From assembly GCA_036149055.1 (NCBI GenBank), contig JAYZQJ010000074.1, positions 22,454-86,453 of the forward strand: 64,000 nucleotides of DNA, given 5' to 3'. A program made the translations under genes and the position numbers. Shown one piece after another: positions 38,735 to 48,122 of the stretch (position 1 is its first letter; every line of letters begins with the position of its first letter). The notes under the pieces were generated by a model, which saw only the letters and a list, made by a program, of their open reading frames with translations, made no database searches and was not told the DNA's origin. The DNA comes from Myxococcota bacterium (GTDB taxonomy: Bacteria; Myxococcota_A; Polyangia; Polyangiales; Sandaracinaceae).

Positions 38735-39735
38735 GTCGGCTTCCCGAACAACCTCAGCCGGCTGATGCCGCCGTCGGGATAGATGTCGAGCTTGACGTGG
38801 GTGAAGGGCCCCTTCGCCTGCAAGCCGTCCTTCACGAACCGCCGGTCGTGCGCCTCGAGCTTCGTCTCCGGGAGGAGGGTCTGCCAGTCCTCGCGCTTCA
38901 CCAGCTCGGTGAGCCTCGCGCCGGGGGCGTGCACGCCGCGCAGCGCGCAGCGGTCGGGGTAGTTGCCCTTGAAGTGGTTGGTGTCGATCTCGGCGACCTC
39001 GATCACGCCGGGCGCGCCGAGGCGGATCAGGATCCAGTCGTGGCCGGGCGCGGGGCGCTTGCGCCGGGTCTCCCAGCCGCCGCCCATGTTCTCGGCGCGG
39101 CTCGGGAGGAGGAGGTTGTCCATCGGCCCGAAGAAGGCGTCGCTGCACGCGAGCGCCTTGCCGCCGCGGTTCACCGCCGCGAGGTCCACCAGCCCGGCGG
39201 GCACGTGCTGCTCCTGCACCTCGTCGAGCGCGGAGGGCTCGCGGCTCGCGGCCACCTCGCCCCACACCTTGAGCCGCGCGACGCCGCCGTCCGGGTAGAT
39301 GTGCAGGCGCACGTGATCGAAGACCTCGTCCGACGCGAGGGTGAAGAGGTTCTGCGAGCCGGGCCGCAGCGGGCTCTCGGGGAGCAGCTCCACCCAGTCC
39401 CCGTCGCCGCGGCGCGCCTCGAGGCTCGCGAACGGCGGGTGGTTGCCGAGGAAGTGGTTGGTGTCGATGTCGAGGGCCCGGATCCGACCGGGCGCCCCGA
39501 GCCGCACGACGCAGTGATCGTGGCCCTCGACGCGCTTGCGGCGGCTCTCCCAGCCGTCCATCCACTTGCCGCGGTCGGTGTAGCGGTCCGGGTCGAACAC
39601 GCCCCTGCCGGGCTTCACGAGGTTGTGCATCGACGCGAAGAAGTCGTCGGTGCAGGAGATGGCCTCGCCGCCGAGCGCGCCGGCCGCGAGATCGATGAGC
39701 CCGCCGAAGCGAGCGCCTTCTTCCGGTCGGCTCAC
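38731..39735 (-). CDS. alc: Allantoicase
   Basis: Duplicated domain with DGWESRRKR / GWETRRKR, DTNHF.GN, IYPDGG(V/I).RL. Confidence 0.95.
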   Translation of the reverse strand: MSRPEEGARFGGLIDLAAGALGGEAISCTDDFFASMHNLVKPGRGVFDPDRYTDRGKWMDGWESRRKRVEGHDHCVVRLGAPGRIRALDIDTNHFLGNHPPFASLEARRGDGDWVELLPESPLRPGSQNLFTLASDEVFDHVRLHIYPDGGVARLKVWGEVAASREPSALDEVQEQHVPAGLVDLAAVNRGGKALACSDAFFGPMDNLLLPSRAENMGGGWETRRKRPAPGHDWILIRLGAPGVIEVAEIDTNHFKGNYPDRCALRGVHAPGARLTELVKREDWQTLLPETKLEAHDRRFVKDGLQAKGPFTHVKLDIYPDGGISRLRLFGKPT

Positions 39736-41069
39736 GCCGTCCCTCCACGGTGCAAGAGAGGCCGCCCGTGCGGCCCGATCACGTCGTCGCCGTCGAAGAC
39801 GACGGCGCCGCGGAGCCACGTGCGGAGCACGCGCCCGCTCAGGGTGCGGCCCAGGTAGGGCGACACCGGGTGCTTGAAGCGGAGGCCACTGGCCGTGACC
39901 TCGCGGGTGGCGTCGGGATCCCAGAGCACCAGGTCGGCGTCCAGGCCCGGCGCGATGGCGCCCTTTCGGTCGGCGACGCCGGCGAAGCGCGCGGGGCGCG
40001 CGGAGAGCCACTCGGCGACGCGCGTCACGTCGGCGCCGCGCGCGCGGGCCTCGGTCCACACGCTCGAGAGCCCGAGCGAGAGCGAGGCGATGCCGCCCCA
40101 CGCGTCGATGAAGTCGCCCCGCTCGGGGACCTTGAGATGCGGCGTGCACGGAGAGTGGTCGCTGACCACGAAGTCGATCACGCCGTCCAGGAGCCCCTGC
40201 CAGAGCCGGGCCCGGTTCTCCTCGCCGCGGATGGGCGGCGCGCACTTGTACTCGGTCGCGCCGTCGGGCACGTCCTCGGCGCGCAGGCAGAGATAGTGCG
40301 GGCAGGTCTCGACCGTCAGCGGCAGGCCCTCGCTCTTGGCGGCCTCGATCATCGGCAGCGCGCCCGCGCTCGAGAGGTGCACCACGTGCACGGGGCAGCG
40401 GGTCTCGCGGCAGAGCTCGATGAGCATCGCGATCGCCGCGTCCTCCCACTCCGGCGGCCGCGCCCCCAGCCAGGCGTCGTACTTGCGCGGGTCGGTGGTC
40501 GCGGGGTGCGCGTCCAGCTCGAGCTCGGCGTGGGCGAGGAGCGGGATCGCGGCGTCTTTCATGCGCGGCATCGCGGCCCGCAGCGTCGCCTCGTCGGCCT
40601 TCGGGAAGTCGTCGATGCCGGAGTGGCAGAGGAAGGCCTTGGCCCCGAGCGCCCCTTCGGTGGCGAGCGCCGACAGGTCACCCTCGTTGCCGGGCACGAC
40701 CCCGCCCCAGAACCCGACGTCGACGTGCAGCTCCCCGTCGGTCGCGTCCTTCTTCCGCAGCAGCGCGTCGCGGGTCGTGGTGACCGGGATGCAGTTGAGG
40801 GGCATGTCGACGAGGCTGGTGACGCCGCCCGCGGCCGCCGCCTGGGTGGCGGTGACGAAGCCCTCCCACTCGGTTCGCCCCGGCTCGTTGACGTGCACGT
40901 GCGTGTCGACGAGCCCGGCCATGAGCACCCCGTCGACCTCGTCCACCGGCATGCCCTCGGGCCCGGCGCCGACCGGTCGCACCTCGGCGATCCGCTCCCC
41001 CTCGATCATCACGAGGGCGGGGCGGACCCCATCGGGCGTGACCACGCGTGTGCTCTGGATGCCTCGCAT
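39732..41069 (-). CDS. allB: Allantoinase
   Basis: DTHVHVNEPGRTEWEGF, DMPLN, ETCPHYL, KCAPPIR, SDHSP, AWGGI. Confidence 0.96.
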   Translation of the reverse strand: MRGIQSTRVVTPDGVRPALVMIEGERIAEVRPVGAGPEGMPVDEVDGVLMAGLVDTHVHVNEPGRTEWEGFVTATQAAAAGGVTSLVDMPLNCIPVTTTRDALLRKKDATDGELHVDVGFWGGVVPGNEGDLSALATEGALGAKAFLCHSGIDDFPKADEATLRAAMPRMKDAAIPLLAHAELELDAHPATTDPRKYDAWLGARPPEWEDAAIAMLIELCRETRCPVHVVHLSSAGALPMIEAAKSEGLPLTVETCPHYLCLRAEDVPDGATEYKCAPPIRGEENRARLWQGLLDGVIDFVVSDHSPCTPHLKVPERGDFIDAWGGIASLSLGLSSVWTEARARGADVTRVAEWLSARPARFAGVADRKGAIAPGLDADLVLWDPDATREVTASGLRFKHPVSPYLGRTLSGRVLRTWLRGAVVFDGDDVIGPHGRPLLHRGGTA

Positions 41070-41132
41070 CGGAATCGCGCTGCTTACCACGTCCCGCCCT
41101 CCTCCGCGACGCGGCCGCGAAGGTCGACCCGG

Positions 41133-41513
41133 CTAGGCGCGCGTCCAGCGAGCGACCCGGTAGAGCGGGAGGCGGCGATCGACGTCGCCGACGACGCCGC
41201 CCAGCGTGGCGAGCCGGCTCCACGCCAGCCGCCTGGCGCGGACCCGGAGTCGGCTCCCCGGCGTGATCGCAGCGCCGCAGGGGATGGCCACCGCGACCGG
41301 TCGTCGCTCCCCCACCACCCGCGCCCGGTGCAGCGTATGCAGCCGTCCTCCACCCCCGCACAATGGCGCGGTCCTTGGGGCGGTCTGGATCACCACGTCG
41401 AGCGAGATCCACTCGCCGGGCCCGAGGTCGTCCCCCCGCGCCGTGGCTGACGCCCCGCCGATCGAGGCCGCGAGGACCGCCGCCACGACCCCCGTGGCGT
41501 AGCCAGCGTTCAT
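41133..41513 (-). CDS. Small hypothetical exported protein
   Basis: Hydrophobic N-terminus, same strand as neighbours; no recognised domain. Confidence 0.45.
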   Translation of the reverse strand: MNAGYATGVVAAVLAASIGGASATARGDDLGPGEWISLDVVIQTAPRTAPLCGGGGRLHTLHRARVVGERRPVAVAIPCGAAITPGSRLRVRARRLAWSRLATLGGVVGDVDRRLPLYRVARWTRA

Positions 41514-41562
41514 GAACCGGAGTCTAGCGCGTCCCTCCGCATCGACCCTCTCCGGACGGCGA

Positions 41563-41630
41563 TACGGGGACGGAGTTTCCTTGTTGCCGAAGCCATCGTT
41601 CCGGCCACTCACGGACCCATGGAGGGCCTC
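41563..41630. repeat. Truncated second copy of the 16884 element's left end
   Basis: TACGGGGACGGAGTTTCCTTGTTGCCGAA matches 16884-16912 at 28/29; weaker similarity continues (CGGCCAC..GCCTC). Confidence 0.75.
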
Positions 41631-41637
41631 GACGAGA

Positions 41638-43296
41638 TCAGCCGAGGATCTGGCTCGCGCTGGCGCGGGAGAGGCCGGCGAGGGAGACGTCGTGCAGGGT
41701 GACGGCGAGGGCGTCGAGGAGGGCGAGGAGCTCGGGCGGGGCGTCGTGGCCGCGGTACGAGAGGCCGAGGTGGGTGCTCTCGCGGTAGTGGCGGCGGCCC
41801 TCGGCGAGCGGCGCGAGCACGATCTCGCGGTCTCCGATCGCCGGGGCGCGCAGGGCGATCACCAGCGCGTCGTCCTGCCAGCTCGCGGTCCGCGCCTCGA
41901 CGTCCGGCGGGAGGGCGAGGCGGGCGAGCAGGGGCGCGCTCGGGGGGCAGGGGGCGCTCGGTCGATCGAGCGGGCGGGCGGGCGCGTCGCCGGCGGCTCG
42001 GACCAGCTCGTCCTGCAAGGCCGCGAGCTCGCGGAAGGTCTCCCGGCGCTCGAGCTCGGTCACCCGCGGCGGCAGTCGTGAGATCACGTCGTCGTGGTCG
42101 TCGAAGGTCTCGCCCGCCGGTCCCGGCCAGGCGTGCACCGCGGCGTCGCCCAGCGCGGTCCCCGGGAGCGGCTGGTAGGTCGACCAGATGATCGACCCCG
42201 GCCGCAGCTTCTTCAGCAAGGAGACGGTGGAGGCCGCCTGGGCGCGCGTCTCGGTCGGCAGCATCGTCATCAGCGACGCGCTGGTCGGGAGCCCGAGCTC
42301 CCGGCAGTCCTCGAAGAGCCGCTCGAGGCGCGCGTCCGGCGAGCGACGGTTCAGCACCTCGCGCCGCAGGGGCTCGTCCCCCGCCTCGACGCCGCAGTGG
42401 AAGAGCACGCAGCCCGCCTCCACCAGGAGCTCCAGCCGGGCCCGGCTCGCCGCGTTGGGGTGCATCTCCACCTTGAACGGGAGCCCCACGCGACGGGGAT
42501 AGACGTCGGCCAGCTCGCGCAGCCAGCCGAGGTCGATCGGGAAGTGCTCGTCCCAGAGCTCGAAGCCCTCGGGCGCGTAGCGGGCGCCGAGGTCGGCGAG
42601 CTCGTCGCAGAGCGCCTCGACGCTGCGCACGTTCTTCATCGGCGCGCGGCGGAGGCCCAGCAGCTCGCCCCACCGAGGCGCCGAGCAGTAGGCGCAGGAG
42701 AAGGGGCAGCCGCGGCTCGCTCGGGTGGGGAGGTAGCCGTCGACGTGCGGGCCGAAGGTGTTGATGCCCCGGCCGAGGATCTCGCGAACGTCGCCGAAGA
42801 CCTCGTAGTCCCAGCGCGGCAGGGCGTCGATGTCGGGCTCCGGGTCGGCGGGAGGCGGCGCGCCCTCGAACCCGCCCTCCCCTCGGATCCAGAGGCCCGG
42901 GAAGCTCTCGCCGGCGTCGCCCGTCGAGAGGCGCTCGAGCAGGCAGGCGAGCGGCCGCTCTCCCTCGCCCACGCAGATCGCGTCGACCCGGGCGCAGGCG
43001 GCGACGTCGCGCGGCGCGAGCGAGGCGTGGTAGCCGCCGACGACGACGAAGGCCTCGCTCGACAGCTCCCGCAGCAGCCCGGCCGCGCCCGGCCAGTCGC
43101 GCGTCATGGCGGAGACGGCGATCACGTCGGCGTCCGTCGCCTCCACGCGCCGGGCCGCGTCCACGATGCGCCCGCGGCGACCGAGCTCGATGGCGCAAAC
43201 GTCGTGTCCGGCCGCCCGCGCCACCGCGGAGAGCTGCGCCACCGACGAGCTGAACGCGCGCGGCGGATCGGTGAAGAAGACGAAGGCGACCCGCAT
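41638..43296 (-). CDS. B12-binding radical SAM protein
   Basis: VVGGYHAS..CVGEGE (B12-binding-like), SRGCPFSCAYC, GVEAG. Confidence 0.9.
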   Translation of the reverse strand: MRVAFVFFTDPPRAFSSSVAQLSAVARAAGHDVCAIELGRRGRIVDAARRVEATDADVIAVSAMTRDWPGAAGLLRELSSEAFVVVGGYHASLAPRDVAACARVDAICVGEGERPLACLLERLSTGDAGESFPGLWIRGEGGFEGAPPPADPEPDIDALPRWDYEVFGDVREILGRGINTFGPHVDGYLPTRASRGCPFSCAYCSAPRWGELLGLRRAPMKNVRSVEALCDELADLGARYAPEGFELWDEHFPIDLGWLRELADVYPRRVGLPFKVEMHPNAASRARLELLVEAGCVLFHCGVEAGDEPLRREVLNRRSPDARLERLFEDCRELGLPTSASLMTMLPTETRAQAASTVSLLKKLRPGSIIWSTYQPLPGTALGDAAVHAWPGPAGETFDDHDDVISRLPPRVTELERRETFRELAALQDELVRAAGDAPARPLDRPSAPCPPSAPLLARLALPPDVEARTASWQDDALVIALRAPAIGDREIVLAPLAEGRRHYRESTHLGLSYRGHDAPPELLALLDALAVTLHDVSLAGLSRASASQILG

Positions 43297-43416
43297 CCGA
43301 GCGGAGTTTACCGACAGAATGACGCGCCGGCGCGCTCGACCGGCTCATCGCCCGACAAATCGTCAAAACGAATCTCGGAAGTGAACGTGAGGCCCGCGGG
43401 ACGTGACGCATGGATC

Positions 43417-44130
43417 ATGCGCCCGCTCGTCCCGATGTTGCTCCTCCTCGCGCCGCTCCCCGCCGCGGCCCAACCGTCGCTCTTCCCCGAGTACGACCGC
43501 GACGACCCTCGCTCGCGGCGGCACCTGCCCCGCTCGCCCGAGGTCGAGGCCCTCGAGTCCGAGCATGGCGTCCCGCCTTGCGGCGCGGAGAGCTGGGGAC
43601 GCTCCCGGCTCGACGGCGCCCTCGCCTCCCGGCCACGCGACGCCGACCTCCCGTGCCGCGAGGTCTGGGACGCCGACGTGCGCTTCGAGGTCGGGCTCGT
43701 CGGGGGCGGGCGTCTCGAGGCGCCCGACGGCGGCTGGGGCGGCCTCTCGATCCAGCTCGGCCTGCGCTTCCACGACGTGTTCAGCGTGATGTTCCAGAGC
43801 CTCGCCCTCTTCGGCCGCTGGGACCTCGGGCAGGGCGAGCGGCTGCGCGGCGCGAGCTGGAACGCGTTCCTCTTCGAGCTCTCGCCCGTCGATCGCCTCG
43901 CGGTCGGCCTCGGCCCCTCCATGGATCTCGAGGCGGGCTGCGACCTCGACGCCTTCGGGGCCCCGAGCGCCTGCGGCTACACCCTCGGCTACGGGGCCCA
44001 CGCCCGGGTCACCCTCCAGCTGGCCACGCTCCCGTTCGGCGGCCTCACCCTGACCGGCGACCTGCACGCCGCGTTCGGAGAGGGCGCGCCGCAGCCGACG
44101 ATGCTGCTCGGGCTGGGGCTGAGGCTGTGA
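43417..44130 (+). CDS. Hypothetical exported protein, possible beta-barrel
   Basis: Signal peptide ending AAA-Q; alternating beta strands; C-terminal LGLGLRL. Confidence 0.7.
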   Translation: MRPLVPMLLLLAPLPAAAQPSLFPEYDRDDPRSRRHLPRSPEVEALESEHGVPPCGAESWGRSRLDGALASRPRDADLPCREVWDADVRFEVGLVGGGRLEAPDGGWGGLSIQLGLRFHDVFSVMFQSLALFGRWDLGQGERLRGASWNAFLFELSPVDRLAVGLGPSMDLEAGCDLDAFGAPSACGYTLGYGAHARVTLQLATLPFGGLTLTGDLHAAFGEGAPQPTMLLGLGLRL

Positions 44131-44139
44131 GCGCGGCGA

Positions 44140-44733
44140 TCAGTCGGACTGACGATGCGTCCGGAACATCAGCGCCATGCGCGGGTCGGCGTGGCGCTGC
44201 TTCGGGACCGCGTGGTGCCAGTATCGTTGACAGGCGCCGCCCATCACCATCAGGTCGCCCCAGCCGACCGACCAGGTCCGCGAGGGGCCGCCCTCGGCCG
44301 GGCGCACCATGAACTTGCGCGGGCCGCCGAGCGAGACGACCACGACGGTGGCGGTCGGGTGATCCCGCAGCTCCTGGTCGGCGTGCCAGGCGACGCTGTC
44401 CCGGCCGTCCCGATAGAGGGCGAGCGTGATCGAGGTCAGTGGCGCGCGGTAGCGCACGCTCAGCCTCCGGCTCATCTCGTCGAGCAGGGGATGGGCGCCG
44501 TCGCGAGGCACGCTCGCGAGCAGCCGCGGCACCTCCACCACCCGGTCGTACATGGGCCGACGCTGGGCCTGCCAGCGCATCGCGCCCCGCAGAGTCTCGA
44601 AGAGCGTCTCGTGCCCGCTCACCCAGCCCGGGCAGCGATCGATCCAGCTCTCGGCGTCGAGCCAGACGCGCTCGAGCCGCGTGAACCCGGGGTCGAGCGC
44701 CGGCGGCTCGTGGCCGAAGAGCGAGGCCTGCAT
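44140..44733 (-). CDS. AlkB-like 2OG-Fe(II) dioxygenase
   Basis: LYRDGRDSVAWHAD, SLG, GDLMVMGG.CQ..WHHAVPK, RMALMFR. Confidence 0.9.
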   Translation of the reverse strand: MQASLFGHEPPALDPGFTRLERVWLDAESWIDRCPGWVSGHETLFETLRGAMRWQAQRRPMYDRVVEVPRLLASVPRDGAHPLLDEMSRRLSVRYRAPLTSITLALYRDGRDSVAWHADQELRDHPTATVVVVSLGGPRKFMVRPAEGGPSRTWSVGWGDLMVMGGACQRYWHHAVPKQRHADPRMALMFRTHRQSD

Positions 44734-44764
44734 GCCCCGAACGATACTGAACGGACGCGCAGCG

Positions 44765-45502
44765 TCAAGCCGCGGCCGGCCGGGGCGCGGTGGCTCGCGC
44801 GTCGAGCGCGAAGAGGCCGGCGAAGATCACGAAGAAGCCGAGCGCGCTCCACTGGTAGAAGGTCAGCCCGAGCGCGAAGACCGGCTCGGGGCGCCACGAC
44901 TCCGAGACGAAGCGGAACGCCATGTAGGCGAGGATGTAGAGCTTGACGCGCTGGAGCCGGAGGAGGTCGCGGCGCGCGAGCCCGAGCAGGACGGCGGCCA
45001 TGCCGAGGTGGAAGGCGACCTCGTAGAGCTGGTTCGGGTGGCGCGCGACGCCGTCGCCGAGGTCGACGCCCCACGGCAGATCGGTGGGCGCGCCGTAGCA
45101 GCAGCCGCCCCACAGGCACGCGAGCCGCCCCACCCCGATCGAGACCGCCAGCGGGACGGCGAAGCCGTCGCCGGTCTTGGCCTTCACGTCGGCGAGCCAC
45201 TTGGCGAGCTCGACCCCGAAGTAGCCGCCGGCGAGGCCCCAGGTGATGGTGCGGCCGTCCGACAGCCACGCCGCGCCGCTGATCGCGCCCGCCGGATCGC
45301 CCAGCACGTAGGGCAGCTTCGCGCCGAGCGTGCCGCCGACCACCGCGCCGAAGAGGAGCGCGCCCCGCTGCCGGCGGGACAGGGAGACCGCGCCGGACGC
45401 GCCCTTGGCGTGCGGCTCCTTCGTCAGCCGTCGGGCGAGCGCCCCGGCCGCGATCGCGGCGGCCACGATCAGGACGTAGACGGCGTCGACGTCACGATCC
45501 AC
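44765..45502 (-). CDS. Lgt-like (prolipoprotein diacylglyceryl transferase family) membrane protein
   Basis: GVGRLACLWGGCCYG.PT.LPWG, RHPNQLYE, Y..FRF..E..R; multiple TM helices. Confidence 0.85.
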   Translation of the reverse strand: MDRDVDAVYVLIVAAAIAAGALARRLTKEPHAKGASGAVSLSRRQRGALLFGAVVGGTLGAKLPYVLGDPAGAISGAAWLSDGRTITWGLAGGYFGVELAKWLADVKAKTGDGFAVPLAVSIGVGRLACLWGGCCYGAPTDLPWGVDLGDGVARHPNQLYEVAFHLGMAAVLLGLARRDLLRLQRVKLYILAYMAFRFVSESWRPEPVFALGLTFYQWSALGFFVIFAGLFALDARATAPRPAAA

Positions 45503-46979
45503 GGCGCTTGCCGAGCGTGACCAGGTCGCCCTCGGGCGGCTGCGCGATGCCCGCGTCGACCAGGCGGGGGAGCGCCACGTGCCCCTCGCGGTAGAGCACG
45601 TTGTAGGCGCAGAAGGGGATCACGTGGCCGCTCGGCAGCACATGATGAATGCAACACTTCATGACGCGCCTCACGTCGAAGTTGTAGGCGTCCAGGAAGC
45701 TCGTGATCGTGATGCGGAAGACGTCCTCGGGGTCGAGGGTCTCTCTCAGGGCGCGCTCGAAGAAGTCGCGCGCCACCGGCGGGAGCGCGGGCAGCTCGCC
45801 CAGCGCGCCGAGGAACGCGTCGAGCCCGGAGCAGCCGTCGTCGGCGCAGCCCTTCACCTTCAGGTACGACTCGATCAGCGCCCGCCCGCGCGGCCGGCTG
45901 AGCGCGATGCCGTTGGCGAGCAGATCGAGGTGGTCCCTGGCGTCCATGAAGCGGAGCAGCGGGTGGATCGCGCCCTCGTGGCGATAGGCGTAGGTGAGCG
46001 TGTGGCAGTTGGGGTGCGCGCAGGGGAGCGGCATGAAGTCGTCCTGCACGAACATGCCGTCCGTCTGCTCCTCGATGAGGCGCACCACGTCGGGATAGGT
46101 GATGCGCCGCTCGAGGTCCTCCGGCGTGACGTGCCGGCCGCTGTAGGTCGCCGGCTGGAAGGAGACCCCGGTGATCCACGGCCGCGCGACGGCGAAGCGG
46201 ACGACCTCGCCGATCGAGTGGTCGTTGACGCCCGGCTGCAGCGTGGACACGAGCGTGGTGCGCACGCCCCGCTCCCCGAGCCGCTCGACGGCGCGCAGCT
46301 TCAGCGCGGTGAGCTCTGCCCCCCGCAGCGCGCGCGAGGCCTCGTCGTCGAAGGCGTCGAGCTGCAGGTAGACCTCGATCCGCCGGCGATGCTCGGTCAG
46401 CAGATCGAGGAGCGCGTCGTCTCGCGCCAGGGTCACGCCGTTCGTGTTCACCATCACGACGTCGATGGGCGCGTCCACCGCGTAGCGCAGGATCTCGGCG
46501 AAGCGGGGGTGCACCGTCGGCTCGCCGCCGGAGAGCTGCAGGACCTCCGGCCGGCCCTCCACCTCGACCAGCCGATCGATGCTGCGGAGGACCGCCTCGA
46601 GGGGCTCGTGCCGACCGTCGGGGCCGCTCGACGCGTAGCACATCGGGCACTTCAGGTTGCAGGCGCTGGTGAGCTCGACGAGCCCGAGGCAGGTGTGCTG
46701 CTCGTGGTCCGGGCAGAGCCCGCAGTCGAGCGGGCAGCCGCGGTCCACCTCGGCGCCGAACGACGCCGGGATCTTGCCGGGCACGCTGAAGCGGAGCTGG
46801 TCGTACTGCGTCACGTCGGAGCAGACGAAGTCGGCCCGCTCGCCGTGCTCGGGGCAGCGCTTGAGGAAGTACACCCGGCCGCCGCGGTCGACGATCTTCG
46901 CCGGCACCACCCGCAGGCAGTCCGGGCAGAGGCTCTGGGTCGTCCCGAGGAACGTGTGCTCGCGGAGCGGCAAGGTCAT
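45492..46979 (-). CDS. Radical SAM protein, Tes/MJ0619 (tetraether-synthase-like) family
   Basis: TQSLCPDC..KRCPEHG, GCPLDCGLCPDHEQHTC, CNLKCPMC, SGGEPT.HP, HPNC, KCCIH..IPFCAYN. Confidence 0.88.
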   Translation of the reverse strand: MTLPLREHTFLGTTQSLCPDCLRVVPAKIVDRGGRVYFLKRCPEHGERADFVCSDVTQYDQLRFSVPGKIPASFGAEVDRGCPLDCGLCPDHEQHTCLGLVELTSACNLKCPMCYASSGPDGRHEPLEAVLRSIDRLVEVEGRPEVLQLSGGEPTVHPRFAEILRYAVDAPIDVVMVNTNGVTLARDDALLDLLTEHRRRIEVYLQLDAFDDEASRALRGAELTALKLRAVERLGERGVRTTLVSTLQPGVNDHSIGEVVRFAVARPWITGVSFQPATYSGRHVTPEDLERRITYPDVVRLIEEQTDGMFVQDDFMPLPCAHPNCHTLTYAYRHEGAIHPLLRFMDARDHLDLLANGIALSRPRGRALIESYLKVKGCADDGCSGLDAFLGALGELPALPPVARDFFERALRETLDPEDVFRITITSFLDAYNFDVRRVMKCCIHHVLPSGHVIPFCAYNVLYREGHVALPRLVDAGIAQPPEGDLVTLGKRRGS

Positions 46980-47461
46980 CAGTGAATCGCGCCCCCGATG
47001 ATGGCGAGGCAGACGATCAGGAAGAGCACGACCGCCGCGATGAAGAGGAGCGCCAGCGCGGCGAGGACGCCGCCGGCGAAGATGAGCCCCATCGCCACGC
47101 CCTGCAGCACCTCGGTGCCGTCCTGCCCCTGGCCGCCGCGCAGCGTGACGTGGGCGACCTTGCCGAGCGCGGCGAACATGATCAGCACGCCGAGCGCGTA
47201 GGGCACGAGCAGCCCCGGCCAGTTGAAGAGCAGCTCCAGCCCGACCAGCCCGGCGACGAACGCGATGCCGAGGAACATCACCGTCCAGCCGGCCGCGAAC
47301 CACCTCCGGTGCGGGCTCGGCCGGGCCCTGCGCGCGGCGAGCCGGGTGGGCGCGGGCTGCGCCGCGGCGTCTCCCTCTCGCGTGAAGCCGCAGACCCAGC
47401 ACCGCGGGGCGCCGACCGCGTTGCCGCTGCCGCAGACCGGGCACGCCACGACGCCGCTCAC
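46979..47461 (-). CDS. Zinc-ribbon membrane protein
   Basis: CPVC..CWVC followed by 3-4 TM helices; overlaps both neighbours. Confidence 0.75.
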   Translation of the reverse strand: MSGVVACPVCGSGNAVGAPRCWVCGFTREGDAAAQPAPTRLAARRARPSPHRRWFAAGWTVMFLGIAFVAGLVGLELLFNWPGLLVPYALGVLIMFAALGKVAHVTLRGGQGQDGTEVLQGVAMGLIFAGGVLAALALLFIAAVVLFLIVCLAIIGGAIH

Positions 47462-48084
47462 TCGGCGCCTCCGTCCGAGAGATCCGCGTAGGCCTCCACC
47501 GCGCGCCGCACCTCGACCAGGATCGCCGAGGTCACGACGCCGCAGAGGATCAAGGCCGCGACGGTCGTGAGCTGCCAGTGCGGCGGCACCTGCAGCGCCG
47601 GCCGCCGGACGCCGACGTCGAGCAGCACGAACCCGTAGCCGGCCACCGCGCCGGCGGTCGCGAAGGCCACCAGGCCCCGGTCGAGGCGCGTCCCGGCGAG
47701 CACGATGACCAGGAGCAGCGCGAGCAGCACCGGGCTCCGCGGCCCGTCGGCCAGGGTGAGCACCGCGGTGAGCAGCACGAGGTCGGCGCCGGTGCTCACG
47801 TACTTCAGCGCCGGCGGGAAGAGGTGACTCTTGAGCGCGACGAGCACCCCGGCCGCGAGCGCGATCCAGGCCACCGCGAGCGCGGTCGCCATCGCGTGGA
47901 AGTCCGCGTCGACGCCGTCGACCGGCGCGACCCGCAGCCCGCCCAGCGAGAGGCCGCGGTAGTTGAGGACCTCGAGCGCGTAGAAGACGGCCACCCCGAT
48001 CACCCGGAGCAGGTTCGCGCGCTCCTCGCCGCGCAGGGCGGCCAGGCGGCGCGTGACGTGCCAGGCGGAGGGGCGCTCGCTCAC
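47458..48084 (-). CDS. Multi-pass membrane protein
   Basis: About 6 hydrophobic helices; KYVSTGADL..DGPRSP. Confidence 0.75.
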   Translation of the reverse strand: MSERPSAWHVTRRLAALRGEERANLLRVIGVAVFYALEVLNYRGLSLGGLRVAPVDGVDADFHAMATALAVAWIALAAGVLVALKSHLFPPALKYVSTGADLVLLTAVLTLADGPRSPVLLALLLVIVLAGTRLDRGLVAFATAGAVAGYGFVLLDVGVRRPALQVPPHWQLTTVAALILCGVVTSAILVEVRRAVEAYADLSDGGAE

Positions 48085-48122
48085 CCGCGCAGGGTCGCCC
48101 GCGCGCGGTCACCGACGCAATG

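Noticed and set aside
45492..46979. Direct annotation as a GDGT-producing tetraether synthase or as MoaA
   Set aside because: Family motifs are visible but substrate cannot be inferred; the N-terminal metal-binding motifs do not fit MoaA.
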